Source: Eledone cirrhosa
Taxonomy: Eukaryota
Reading direction: 5' to 3'
DNA: 64,000 nt
Assembly (NCBI GenBank): GCA_964016885.1
Contig: OZ024748.1
Coordinates: 36,456,001 to 36,520,000, forward strand
A program made the position numbers and the translations under genes. Below the pieces are notes generated by a model, which saw nothing but the letters and a program-made list of their open reading frames with translations, had not been told where the DNA came from and did no database searches. This document shows, one piece after another, positions 13,450 to 28,600 of the stretch (positions within the stretch are counted from its first letter, which is position 1; the number at the start of each line of letters is the position of its first letter).

Positions 13450-16400
13450 TCATAGTTATAATATAAGGTCAATAACACAACCTCACAGTCTGTCATAGTT
13501 ATAATATAAGGTTAACAACACAACCTCACAGTCTGTCATAGTTATAATATAAGGTTAACAACACAACCTCACAGTCTGTCATAGTTATAATATAAGGTTG
13601 ACAACACAACCTCACAGTCTGTCATAGTTATAATATAAGGTTAACAACAACACAGCCTCACTGTCTGTCATAGTTATAATATAAGGTTAACAACAACACA
13701 GCCTCACAGTCTGTCATAGTTATAATATAAGGTTAACAACAACAACACAACCTCACAGTCTGTCATTGTTATAATATAAGGTTAATAACACAACCTCACA
13801 GTCTGTCATAGTTATAATATAAGTTTAACAACTCAATCTCACAGTCTGTCATAGTTATAATATAAGGTTAACAACAACACAACCTCACGGTCTGTCATAG
13901 TTATAATATAAGGTTAACAACACAACCTCACAGTCTTTCATAGTTATAATATAAGGTTAACAACACAACCTCACAGTCTTTCATAGTTATAATATAAGGT
14001 TAACAACACAACCTCACAGTCTTTCATTGTTATAATATAAGGTTAACAACACAACCACACAGTCTGTCATAGTTATAATATAAGGTTAACAACACAACCA
14101 CACAGTCTGTCATAGTTATAATATAAGGTTAACAACACATCCTCACAGTCTTTCATAGTTATAATATAAGGTTAACAGCACAACCTCACAGTCTTTCATT
14201 GTTATAATATAAGGTTAACAACACAACCACACAGTCTGTCATAGTTATAATATAAGGTTAGCAACAAGACAGCCACACAGTGTGTCATAGTTATAATATA
14301 AGTTTAACAACACAACCTCACAGTCTGTCATAGTTATAATATAAGGTTAACAACAGCACAACCTCACAGTCTGTCATAGTTATAATATAAGGTTAACAAC
14401 ACAACCTCACAGTCTGTCATAGTTATAATATAAGGTTAACAATAACACAACCTCACAGTCTGTCATAGTTATAATATATGGTTAACAACACAACCTCACA
14501 GTCTGTCATAGTTATGATATAAGGTTAACAACACAACCTCACAGTCTGTCATAGTTATAATATAAGGTTAACAACAACACAACCACACAGTCTGTCATAG
14601 TTATAATATAAGGTTAACAACACAACCTCACAGTCTGTCATAGTTATAATATAAGTTTAACAACAACACAAGCTCACAGTCTGTCATAGTTATAATATAA
14701 GGTTAACAACACAACCACACAGTCTATCATAGTTATAATATAATGTTAACAACACAACCACACAGTCTGTCATAGTTATAATATAAGGTTAACAATACAA
14801 CCACACAGTCTGTCATAGTTATAATATAAGGTTAACAACACAACCTCACAGTCTGTCATAGTTATAATATAAGGTTAACAACACAACCACACAGTCTCTC
14901 ATAGTTATAATATAAGGTTAACAACAAAACCACACAGTCTGTCATAGTTATAATATAAGGTTAACAACAACACAGCCTCACAGACTATCATAGTTATAAT
15001 ATAAGGTTAACAACACAAACTCACAGTCTGTCATAGTTATAATATAAGGTCAATAACACAACCTCACAGTCTGTCATAGTTATAATATAAGGTTAACAAA
15101 ACAACCTCACAGTCTGTCATAGTTATAATATAAGGTTAACAACACAACCTCACAGTCTGTCATAGTTATAGCATAAGGTTAACAACACAACCTCACAGTC
15201 TGTCATAGTTATAATATTAGGTTAACAACAACACAGCCTCACAGTCTGTCATAGTTATAATATAAGGTTAACAACAACACAGCCTCACAGTCTGTCATAG
15301 TTATAATATAAGGTTAACAACAACAACACAACCTCACAGTCTGTCATTGTTATAATATAAGGTTAACAACACAACCTCACAATCTGTCATAGTTATAATA
15401 TAAGGTTAACAACACAACCTCACAGTCTGTCATAGTTATAATATAAGGTTAACAACACAACCTCACAGTCTGTCATAGTTATAATATAAGGTTAACAAGA
15501 ACACAACCTCACAGTCTGTCATAGTTATAATATAAGGTTAACAACACAACCTCACAGTCTTTCATAGTTATAATATAAGGTTAACAACACAACCTCACAG
15601 TCTTTCATAGTTATAATATAAGGTTAACAACACAACCTCACAGTCTTTCATTGTTATAATATAAGGTTAACAACACAACCTCACAGTCTTTCATTGTTAT
15701 AATATAAGGTTAACAACACAACCACACAGTCTGTCATAGTTATAATATAAGGTTAACAACACAACCTCACAGTCTTTCATAGTTATAATATAAGGTTAAC
15801 AACACAACAACACAGTCTGTCATAGTTATAATATAAGCTTAACAACACAACTACACAGTCTGTCATAGTTATAATATAAGGTTAAGAACACAACCTCACA
15901 GTCTTTCATATTTATAATATAAGGTTAACAACACAACCTCACAGTCTCTCATAGTTATAATATAAGGTTAACAACACAACCTCACAGTCTGTCATAGTTA
16001 TAATATAAGGTTAACAACAACACCAGCTCACAGTCTGTCATAGTTATAATATAAGGTTAACAACACAACCACACAGTCTGTCATAGTTATAATATAAGTT
16101 TAACAACACAACCTCACAGTCTGTCATAGTTATAATATAAGGTTAACAACAACACAACCTCACGGTCTGTCATAGTTATAATATAAGGTTAACAACACAA
16201 CCTCACAGTCTTTCATAGTTATAATATAAGGTTAACAACACAACCTCACAGTCTTTCATAGTTATAATATAAGGTTAACAACACAACCTCACAGTCTTTC
16301 ATTGTTATAATATAAGGTTAACAACACAACCACACAGTCTGTCATAGTTATAATATAAGGTTAACAACACAACCACACAGTCTGTCATAGTTATAATATA

Positions 16401-19400
16401 AGGTTAACAACACATCCTCACAGTCTTTCATAGTTATAATATAAGGTTAACAGCACAACCTCACAGTCTTTCATTGTTATAATATAAGGTTAACAACACA
16501 ACCACACAGTCTGTCATAGTTATAATATAAGGTTAGCAACAAGACAGCCACACAGTGTGTCATAGTTATAATATAAGTTTAACAACACAACCTCACAGTC
16601 TGTCATAGTTATAATATAAGGTTAACAACAGCACAACCTCACAGTCTGTCATAGTTATAATATAAGGTTAACAACACAACCTCACAGTCTGTCATAGTTA
16701 TAATATAAGGTTAACAACAACACAACCTCACAGTCTGTCATAGTTATAATATATGGTTAACAACACAACCTCACAGTCTGTCATAGTTATGATATAAGGT
16801 TAACAACACAACCTCACAGTCTGTCATAGTTATAATATAAGGTTAACAACAACACAACCACACAGTCTGTCATAGTTATAATATAAGGTTAACAACACAA
16901 CCTCACAGTCTGTCATAGTTATAATATAAGTTTAACAACAACACAAGCTCACAGTCTGTCATAGTTATAATATAATGTTAACAACACAACCACACAGTCT
17001 GTCATAGTTATAATATAAGGTTAACAATACAACCACACAGTCTGTCATAGTTATAATATAAGGTTAACAACACAACCTCACAGTCTGTCATAGTTATAAT
17101 ATAAGGTTAACAACACAACCACACAGTCTGTCATAGTTATAATATAAGGTTAACAACAAAACCACACAGTCTGTCATAGTTATAATATAAGGTTAACAAC
17201 AACACAGCCTCACAGACTATCATAGTTATAATATAAGGTTAACAACACAAACTCACAGTCTGTCATAGTTATAATATAAGGTCAATAACACAACCTCACA
17301 GTCTGTCATAGTTATAATATAAGTTTAACAAAACAACCTCACAGTCTGTCATAGTTATAATATAAGGTTAACAACACAACCTCACAGTCTGTCATAGTTA
17401 TAACATAAGGTTAACAACACAACCTCACAGTCTGTCATAGTTATAATATTAGGTTAACAACAACACAGCCTCACAGTCTGTCATAGTTATAATATAAGGT
17501 TAACAACAACACAGCCTCACAGTCTGTCATAGTTATAATATAAGGTTAACAACACAACCTCACAGTCTGTCATAGTTATAATATAAGGTTAACAACACAA
17601 CCTCACAGTCTGTCATAGTTATAATATAAGGTTAACAACACAACCTCACAGTCTGTCATAGTTATAATATAAGGTTAACAACACAACAACACAACCTCAC
17701 AGTCTGTCATAGTTATAATATAAGGTTAACAACACAACCTCACAGTCTTTCATAGTTATAATATAAGGTTAACAACACAACCTCACAGTCTTTCATAGTT
17801 ATAATATAAGGTTAACAACACAACCTCACAGTCTTTCATTGTTATAATATAAGGTTAACAACACAACCTCACAGTCTTTCATTGTTATAATATAAGGTTA
17901 ACAACACAACCACACAGTCTGTCATAGTTATAATATAAGGTTAACAACACAACCTCACAGTCTTTCATAGTTATAATATAAGGTTAACAACACAACATCA
18001 CAGTCTGTCATAGTTATAATATAAGCTTAACAACACAACCACACAGTCTGTCATAGTTATAATATAAGGTTAAGAACACAACCTCACAGTCTTTCATATT
18101 TATAATATAAGGTTAACAACACAACCTCACAGTCTCTCATAGTTATAATATAAGGTTAACAACACAACCACACAGTCTGTCATAGTTATAATATAAGGTT
18201 AACAACAACACAAGCTCACAGTCTGTCATAGTTATAATATAAGGTTAACAACACAACCACACAGTCTGTCATAGTTATAATATAAGGTTAACAACAACAC
18301 CAGCTCACAGTCTGGCATAGTTATAATATAAGGTTAACAACACAACCACACAGTCTGTCATATTTATAATATAAGGTTAACAACACAACCTCACAGTCTG
18401 TCATAGTTATAATATAAGTTTAACAACACAACCTTACAGTCTGTCATAGTTATAATATAAGGTCAATAACACAACCTCACAGTCTGTCATAGTTATAATA
18501 TAAGGTTAACAACACAACCTCACAGTCTGTCATAGTTATAATATAAGGTTAACAACACAACCTCACAGTCTGTCATAGTTATAATATAAGGTTAACAACA
18601 CAACCTCACAGTCTGTCATAGTTACAATATAAGGTTAACAACAACACAGCCTCACTGTCTGTCATAGTTATAATATAAGGTTAACAACAACACAGCCTCA
18701 CAGTCTGTCATAGTTATAATATAAGGTTAACAACAACAACACAACCTCACAGTCTGTCATTGTTATAATATAAGGTTAACAACACAACCTCACAGTCTGT
18801 CATAGTTATAATATAAGTTTAACAACACAACCTCACAGTCTGTCATAGTTATAATATAAGGTTAACAACAACACAACCTCACGGTCTGTCATAGTTATAA
18901 TATAAGGTTAACAACACAACCTCACAGTCTTTCATTGTTATAATATAAGGTTAACAACACAACCACACAGTCTGTCATAGTTATAATATAAGGTTAACAA
19001 CACAACCACACAGTCTGTCATAGTTATAATATAAGGTTAACAACACATCCTCACAGTCTTTCATAGTTATAATATAAGGTTAACAGCACAACCTCACAGT
19101 CTTTCATTGTTATAATATAAGGTTAACAACACAACCACACAGTCTGTCATAGTTATAATATAAGGTTAGCAACAAGACAGCCACACAGTGTGTCATAGTT
19201 ATAATATAAGTTTAACAACACAACCTCACAGTCTGTCATAGTTATAATATAAGGTTAACAACAACACAACCTCACAGTCTGTCATAGTTATGATATAAGG
19301 TTAACAACACAACCTCACAGTCTGTCATAGTTATAATATAAGGTTAACAACAACACAACCACACAGTCTGTCATAGTTATAATATAAGGTTAACAACACA

Positions 19401-19620
19401 ACCTCACAGTCTGTCATAGTTATAATATAAGTTTAACAACAACACAAGCTCACAGTCTGTCATAGTTATAATATAAGGTTAACAACACAACCACACAGTC
19501 TATCATAGTTATAATATAATGTTAACAACACAACCACACAGTCTGTCATAGTTATAATATAAGGTTAACAATACAACCACACAGTCTGTCATAGTTATAA
19601 TATAAGGTTAACAACACAAC
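13450..19620 (+). repeat. Approximately three related copies of a 2.3-2.6 kb block
   Basis: Private marker TTAGCAACAAGACAGCCACACAGTGTG at 14261, 16536 and 19169 (offsets 2275, 2633). ATATTAGG near 15215/17447; TTAAGAAC near 15883/18070; CTCACTGTC near 13657/18651. Confidence 0.8.
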
Positions 19621-22600
19621 CTCACAGTCTGTCATAGTTATAATATAAGGTTAACAACACAACCTCACAGTCTGTCATAGTTATAATATAAGGATAACAA
19701 CACAACCTCACAGTCTGTCATAGTTATAATATAAGGTTAACAACACAACCTCACAGTCTGTCATAGATATAATATAAGGTTAACAACAACACAGCCTCAC
19801 AGTCTGTCATAGTTATAATATAAGGTTAAAAACAACACAGCCTCACAGTCTGTCATAGTTATAATATAAAGTTAACAACAACAACACAACCTCACAGTCT
19901 GTCATTGTTATAATATAAGGTTAACAACACAACCTCACAGTCTGTCATAGTTATAATATAAGATTAACAACACAACGTCACAGTCTGTCATAGTTATAAT
20001 ATAGGTTAACAACACAACCTCACAGTCTGTCATAGTTATAATATAAGATTAACAACAACACAACCTCACAGTCTGTCATAGTTATAATATAAGGTTAACA
20101 ACACAACGTCACAGTCTGTCATAGTTATAATATAGGTTAACAACACAACCTCACAGTCTTTCATAGTTATAATATAAGGTTAACAGCACAACCTCACAGT
20201 CTTTCATTGTTATAATATAAGGTTAACAACACAACCACACAGTCTGTCATAGTTATAATATAAGGTTAACAACACAACCTCACAGTCTTTCATAGTTATA
20301 ATATAAGGTTAACAACACAACCACACAATCTGTCATTGTTATAATATAAGCTTAACAACACAACCACACAGTCTGTCATAGTTATAATATAAGGTTAACA
20401 ACACAACCTCACAGTCTTTCATAGTTATAATATAAGGTTAACAACACAACCTCACAGTCTCTCATAGTTATAATATAAGGTTAACAACACAACCACACAG
20501 TCTGTCATAGTTATAATATAAGGTTAACAACAACACAAGCTCACAGTCTGTCATAGTTATAATATAAGGTTAACAACACAACCATACAGTCTGTCATAGT
20601 TATAATATAAGGTTAACAACAACACCAGCTCACAGTCTGTCATAGTTATAATATAAGGTTAACAACCCAACCACACAGTCTGTCATAGTTATAATATAAG
20701 GTTAACAACACAAACTCACAGTCTGTCATAGTTATAATATAAGGTTAACAACACAAGCTCACAGTCTGTCATAGTTATAATATAAGGTTAAAAACAACAC
20801 AAGCTCACAGTCTGTCATAGTTATAATATAAGGTTAACAACACAACCTCACAGTCTGTCATAGTTATAATATAAGGTTAACAATAACACAACCTCACAGT
20901 CTGTCATAGTTATAATATAAGGTTAACAACACAAACTCACAGTCTGTCATAGTTATAATATAAGGTTAACAACAACAACACAACCTCACAGTCTGTCATA
21001 GTTATAATATAAGGTTAACAACAAGACAGCCACACAGTCTGTCATAGTTATATTATAAGGTTAACAAGAACACAGCCACACAGTGTGTCATAGTTATAAT
21101 ATAAGTTTAACAACACAACCTCACAGTCTGTCATAGTTATAATATAAGGTTAACAACAGCACAACCTCACAGTCTGTCATAGTTATAATATAAGGTTAAC
21201 AACACAACCTCACAGTCTGTCATAGTTATAATAATAGGTTAACAACAACACAACCTCACAGTCTCTCATAGTTATAATATATGGTTAACAACACAACCTC
21301 ACAGTCTTTCATAGTTATAATATAAGGTTAACAACACAACCTCACAGTCTGTCATAGTTATAATATAAGGTTAACAACAACACAACCACACAGTCTGTCA
21401 TAGTTATAATATAATTTAACAACACAACCTCACAGTCTGTCATAGTTATAATATAAGGTTAACAACAACACAACCTCACAGTCTGTCATAGTTATAATAT
21501 AAGTTTAACAACAACACAAGCTCACAGTCTGTCATAGTTATAATATAAGGTTAACAACACAACCACACAGTCTATCTTAGTTATAATTTAATGTTAACAA
21601 CACAACCACACAGTCTGTCATAGTTATAATATAAGGTTAACAACAACACAGCCTCACAGTCTGTCATAGTTATAATATAAGGTTAACAACACAACCTCAC
21701 AGTCTGTCATAGTTATAATATAAGGTTAACAACACAACCTCACAGTCTGTCATAGTTATAATATAAGATTAACAACACAACCTCACAGTCTGTCATAGTT
21801 ATAATATAAGGTTAACAACACAACCTCACAGTCTGTCATAGTTATAATATAAGGTTAACAACAACACAGCCTCACAGTCTCTCATAGTTATAATATAAGG
21901 TTAACAACAACACAGCCTCACAGTCTGTCATAGTTATAATATAAGGTTAACAACAACAACACAACCTCACAGTCTGTCATAGTTATAATATAAGGTTAAC
22001 AACACAACCTTACAGTCTGTCATAGTTATAATATAAGGATAACAACACAACCTCACAGTCTGTCATAGTTATAATATAAGGTTAACAACACAACCTTACA
22101 ATCTGTCATAGTTATAATATAAGGTTAACAACAACACAGCCTCACAGTCTGTCATAGTTATAATATAAGGTTAACAACACAACCTCACAGTCTGTCATAG
22201 TTATAATATAAGGTTAACAACAACACAGCCTCACAGTCTGTCATAGTTATAATATAAGGTTAACAACAACAACACAACCTCACAGTCTGTCATTGTTATG
22301 ATATAAGGTTAACAACACAACCTCACAGTCTGTCATAGTTATAATATAAGGTTAACAACACAACGTCACAGTCTGTCATAGTTATAATATAGGTTAACAA
22401 CACAACCTCACAGTCTGTCATAGTTATAATATAAGGTTAACAACAACACAACCTCACAGTCTGCCATAGTTATAATATAAGGTTGACAACACAACCTCAC
22501 AGTCTTTCATAGTTATAATATAAGGTTAACAACACAACCTCACAGTCTTTCATAGTTATAATATAAGGTTAACAACACAACCTCACAGTCTTTCATTGTT

Positions 22601-25600
22601 ATAATATAAGGTTAACAACACAACCACACAGTCTGTCATAGTTATAATATAAGGTTAACAACATAACCACACAGTCTGTCATAGTTATAATATAAGGTTA
22701 ACAACACAATCTCACAGTCTTTCATAGTTATAATATAAGGTTAACAGCACAACCTCACAGTCTTTCATTGTTATAATATAAGGTTAACAACACAACCACA
22801 CAGTCTGTCATAGTTATAAGATAAGGTTAACAACACAACCTCACAGTCTTTCATAGTTATAATATAAGGTTAACAACACAACCTCACAGTCTGTCATAGT
22901 TATAATATAAGGTTAACAACACAACCTCACAGTCTGTCATAGTTATAATATAAGGTTAACAACACAACCTCACAGTCTGTCATAGTTATAATATAAGGTT
23001 AACAACAACACAGCCTCACAGTCTGTCATAGTTATAATATAAGGTTAACAACAACACAGCCTCACAGTCTGTCATAGTTATAATATAAGGTTAACAACAC
23101 AACCTCACAGTCTGTCATAGTTATAATATAAGGTTAACAACACAACCTCACAGTCTGTCATAGTTATAATATAAGGTTAACAACACAACCTCACAGTCTC
23201 TCATAGTTATAATATAAGGTTAACAACACAACCTCACAGTCTGTCATAGTTATAATATAAGGTTAACAACAACACAGCCTCACAGTCTCTCATAGTTATA
23301 ATATAAGGTTAACAACAACACAGCCTCACAGTCTGTCATAGTTATAATATAAGGTTAACAACAACAACACAACCTCACAGTCTGTCATAGTTATAATATA
23401 AGGTTAACAACACAACCTCACAGTCTGTCATAGTTATAATATAAGGATAACAATACAACCTCACAGTCTGTCATAGTTATAATATAAGGTTAACAACACA
23501 ACCTCACAGTCTGTCATAGTTATAATATAAGGTTAACAACAACACAGCCTCACAGTCTGTCATAGTTATAATATAAGGTTAACAACAACACAGCCTCACA
23601 GTCTGTCATAGTTATAATATAAGGTTAACAACAACAACACAACCTCACAGTCTGTCATTGTTATAATATAAGGTTAACAACACAACCTCACAGTCTGTCA
23701 TAGTTATAATATAAGGTTAACAACACAACGTCACAGTCTGTCATAGTTATAATATAGGTTAACAACACAACCTCACAGTCTGTCATAGTTATAATATAAG
23801 ATTAACAACAACACAACCTCACAGTCTGTCATAGTTATAATATAAGGTTAACAACACAACGTCACAGTCTGTCATAGTTATAATATAGGTTAACAACACA
23901 ACCTCACAGTCTTTCATAGTTATAATATAAGGTTAACAGCACAACCTCACAGTCTTTCATTGTTATAATATAAGGTTAACAACACAACCACACAGTCTGT
24001 CATAGTTATAATATAAGGTTAACAACACAACCTCACAGTCTTTCATAGTTATAATATAAGGTTAACAACACAACCACACAGTCTGTCATTGTTATAATAT
24101 AAGCTTAACAACACAACCACACAGTCTGTCATAGTTATAATATAAGGTTAACAACACAACCTCACAGTCTTTCATAGTTATAATATAAGGTTAACAACAC
24201 AACCTCACAGTCTCTCATAGTTATAATATAAGGTTAACAACACAACCACACAGTCTGTCATAGTTATAATATAAGGTTAACAACAACACAAGCTCACAGA
24301 CTGTCATAGTTATAATATAAGGTTAACAACACAACCATACAGTCTGTCATAGTTATAATATAAGGTTAACAACAACACCAGCTCACAGTCTGTCATAGTT
24401 ATAATATAAGGTTAACAACCCAACCACACAGTCTGTCATAGTTATAATATAAGGTTAACAACACAAACTCACAGTCTGTCATAGTTATAATATAAGGTTA
24501 ACAACACAAGCTCACAGTCTGTCATAGTTATAATATAAGGTTAAAAACAACACAAGCTCACAGTCTGTCATAGTTATAATATAAGGTTAACAACACAACC
24601 TCACAGTCTGTCATAGTTATAATATAAGGTTAACAATAACACAACCTCACAGTCTGTCATAGTTATAATATAAGGTTAACAACACAAACTCACAGTCTGT
24701 CATAGTTATAATATAAGGTTAACAACAACAACACAACCTCACAGTCTGTCATAGTTATAATATAAGGTTAACAACAAGACAGCCACACAGTCTGTCATAG
24801 TTATAATATAAGGTTAACAAGAACACAGCCACACAGTGTGTCATAGTTATAATATAAGTTTAACAACACAACCTCACAGTCTGTCATAGTTATAATATAA
24901 GGTTAACAACAACACAACCACACAGTCTGTCATAGTTATAATACAAGGTTAACAACACAACCTCACAGTCTGTCATAGTTATAATATAAGTTTAACAACA
25001 ACACAAGCTCACAGTCTGTCATAGTTATAATATAAGGTTAACAACACAACCACACAGTCTATCTTAGTTATAATATAATGTTAACAACACAACCACACAG
25101 TCTGTCATAGTTATAATATAAGGTTAACAACAACACAGCCTCACAGTCTGTCATAGTTATAATATAAGGTTAACAACACAACCTCACAGTCTGTCATAGT
25201 TATAATATAAGGTTAACAACACAACCTCACAGTCTGTCATAGTTATAATATAAGATTAACAACACAACCTCACAGTCTGTCATAGTTATAATATAAGGTT
25301 AACAACACAACCTCACAGTCTGTCATAGTTATAATATAAGGTTAACAACAACACAGCCTCACAGTCTCTCATAGTTATAATATAAGGTTAACAACAACAC
25401 AGCCTCACAGTCTGTCATAGTTATAATATAAGGTTAACAACAACAACACAACCTCACAGTCTGTCATAGTTATAATATAAGGTTAACAACACAACCTTAC
25501 AGTCTGTCATAGTTATAATATAAGGATAACAACACAACCTCACAGTCTGTCATAGTTATAATATAAGGTTAACAACACAACCTCACAGTCTGTCATAGTT

Positions 25601-25609
25601 ATAATATAA

Positions 25610-28600
25610 GGTTAACAACAACACAACCTCACGGTCTGTCATAGTTATAATATAAGGTTAACAACAACACAGCCTCACAGTCTGTCATAGTTATAATATA
25701 AGGTTAACAACAACAACACAACCTCACAGTCTGTCATTGTTATAATATAAGGTTAACAACACAACCTCACAGTCTGTCATAGTTATAATATAAGGTTAAC
25801 AACACAACGTCACAGTCTGTCATAGTTATAATATAGGTTAACAACACAACCTCACAGTCTGTCATAGTTATAATATAAGGTTAACAACAACACAACCTCA
25901 CAGTCTGCCATAGTTATAATATAAGGTTAACAACACAACCTCACAGTCTTTCATAGTTATAATATAAGGTTAACAACACAACCTCACAGTCTTTCATAGT
26001 TATAATATAAGGTTAACAACACAACCTCACAGTCTTTCATTGTTATAATATAAGGTTAACAACACAACCACACAGTCTGTCATAGTTATAATATAAGGTT
26101 AACAACATAACCACACAGTCTGTCATAATTATAATATAAGGTTAACAACACAACCTCACAGTCTTTCATAGTTATAATATAAGGTTAACAACACAACCAC
26201 ACAGTCTGTCATATTTATAATATAAGGTTAACAACACAACCTCACAGTCTGTCATAGTTATAATATAAGGTTAACAACACAACCTCACAGTCTGTCATAG
26301 TTATAATATAAGGTTAACAACACAACCTCACAGTCTGTCATAGTTATAATATAAGGTTAACAACAACACAACCTCACAGTCTGTCATAGTTATAATATAA
26401 GGTTAACAACACAACCTCACAGTCTTTCATAGTTATAATATAAGGTTAACAACACAACCTCACAGTCTTTCATAGTTATAATATAAGGTTAACAACACAA
26501 CCTCACAGTCTTTCATTGTTATAATATAAGGTTAACAACACAACCTCACAGTCTTTCATTGTTATAATATAAGGTTAACAACACAACCACACAGTCTGTC
26601 ATAGTTATAATATAAGGTTAACAACACAACCTCACAGTCTTTCATAGTTATAATATAAGGTTAACAACACAACAACACAGTCTGTCATAGTTATAATATA
26701 AGCTTAACAACACAACCACACAGTCTGTCATAGTTATAATATAAGGTTAAGAACACAACCTCACAGTCTTTCATATTTATAATATAAGGTTAACAACACA
26801 ACCTCACAGCCTCTCATAGTTATAATATAAGGTTAACAACACAACCACACAGTCTGTCATAGTTATAATATAAGTTTAACAACAACACAAGCTCACAGTC
26901 TGTTATAGTTATAATATAAGGTTAACAACACAACCACACAGTCTGTCATAGTTATAATATAAGGTTAACAACAACACCAGCTCACAGTCTGGCATAGTTA
27001 TAATATAAGGTTAACAACACAACCACACAGTCTGTCATATTTATAATATAAGGTTAACAACACAACCTCACAGTCTGTCATAGTTATAATATAAGGTTAA
27101 CAACACAACCTTACAGTCTGTCATAGTTATAATATAAGGTTAACAACACAACCTCACAGTCTGTCATAGTTATAATATAAGGTTAACAACTACACAACCT
27201 CACAGTCTTTCATAGTTATAATATAAGGTTAACAACACAACCTCACAGTCTGTCATAGTTATAATATAAGCTTAACAACACAACCCCACAGTCTGTCATA
27301 GTTATAATATAAGGTTAACAACACAACCTCACAGTCTTTCATAGTTATAATATAAGGTTAACAACACAACAACACAGTCTGTCATAGTTATAATATAAGC
27401 TTAACAACACAACCACACAGTCTGTCATAGTTATAATATAAGGTTAACAACACAACCTCACAGTCTTTCATATTTATAATATAAGGTTAACAACACAACC
27501 TCACAGTCTCTCATAGTTATAATATAAGGTTAACAACACAACCACACAGTCTGTCATAGTTATAATATAAGGTTAACAACAACACAAGCTCACAGTCTGT
27601 CATAGTTATAATATAAGGTTAACAACACAACCACACAGTCTGTCATAGTTATAATATAAGGTTAACAACAACACCAGCTCACAGTCTGTCATAGTTATAA
27701 TATAAGGTTAACAACACAACCACACAGTCTGTCATAGTTATAATATAAGGTTAACAACACAACCTCACAGTCTGTCATAGTTATAATATAAGGTTAACAA
27801 CACAACCTTACAGTCTGTCATAGTTATAATATAAGGTTAACAACACAACCTTACAGTCTGTCATAGTTATAATATAAGGTTAACAACACAACCTCACAGT
27901 CTGTCATAGTTATAATAGAAGGTTAACAACTACACAACCTCACAGTCTTTCATAGTTATAATATAAGGTTAACAACACAACCTCACAGTCTGTCATAGTT
28001 ATAATATAAGGTTAACAACACAACCTCACAGTCTGTCATAGTTATAATATAAGGTTAACAACAGCACAACCTCACAGTCTGTCATAGTTATAATATAAGG
28101 TTAACAACACAACCTCACAGTCTGTCATAGTTATAATATAAGGTTAACAACACAACCTCACAGTCTGTCATAGTTATAATATAAGGTTAACAACACAACC
28201 TCACAGTCTGTCATAGTTATAATATAAGGTTAACAACACAACCTCACAGTCTGTCATAGTTAAAATATAAGGTTAACAACAACACAGCCTCACAGTCTCT
28301 CATAGTTATAATATAAGGTTAACAACAACACAGCCTCACAGTCTGTCATAGTTATAATATAAGGTTAACAACAACAACACAACCTCACAGTCTGTCATTG
28401 TTATAATATAAGGTTAACAACACAACCTCACAGTCTGTCATAGTTATAATATAAGGATAACAACACAACCTCACAGTCTGTCATAGTTATAATATAAGGT
28501 TAACAACACAACCTCACAGTCTGTCATAGTTATAATATAAGGTTAACAACAACACAGCCTCACAGTCTGTCATAGTTATAATATAAGGTTAACAACAACA

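Noticed and set aside
13598-13634. Sigma70-like promoter: TATAAT in every unit, and TTGACA in rare variants (e.g. 13598, near 22483)
   Set aside because: TTGACA-to-TATAAT spacing is 25 bp rather than about 17, there is no downstream gene, and TATAAT is expected in AT-rich repeats.
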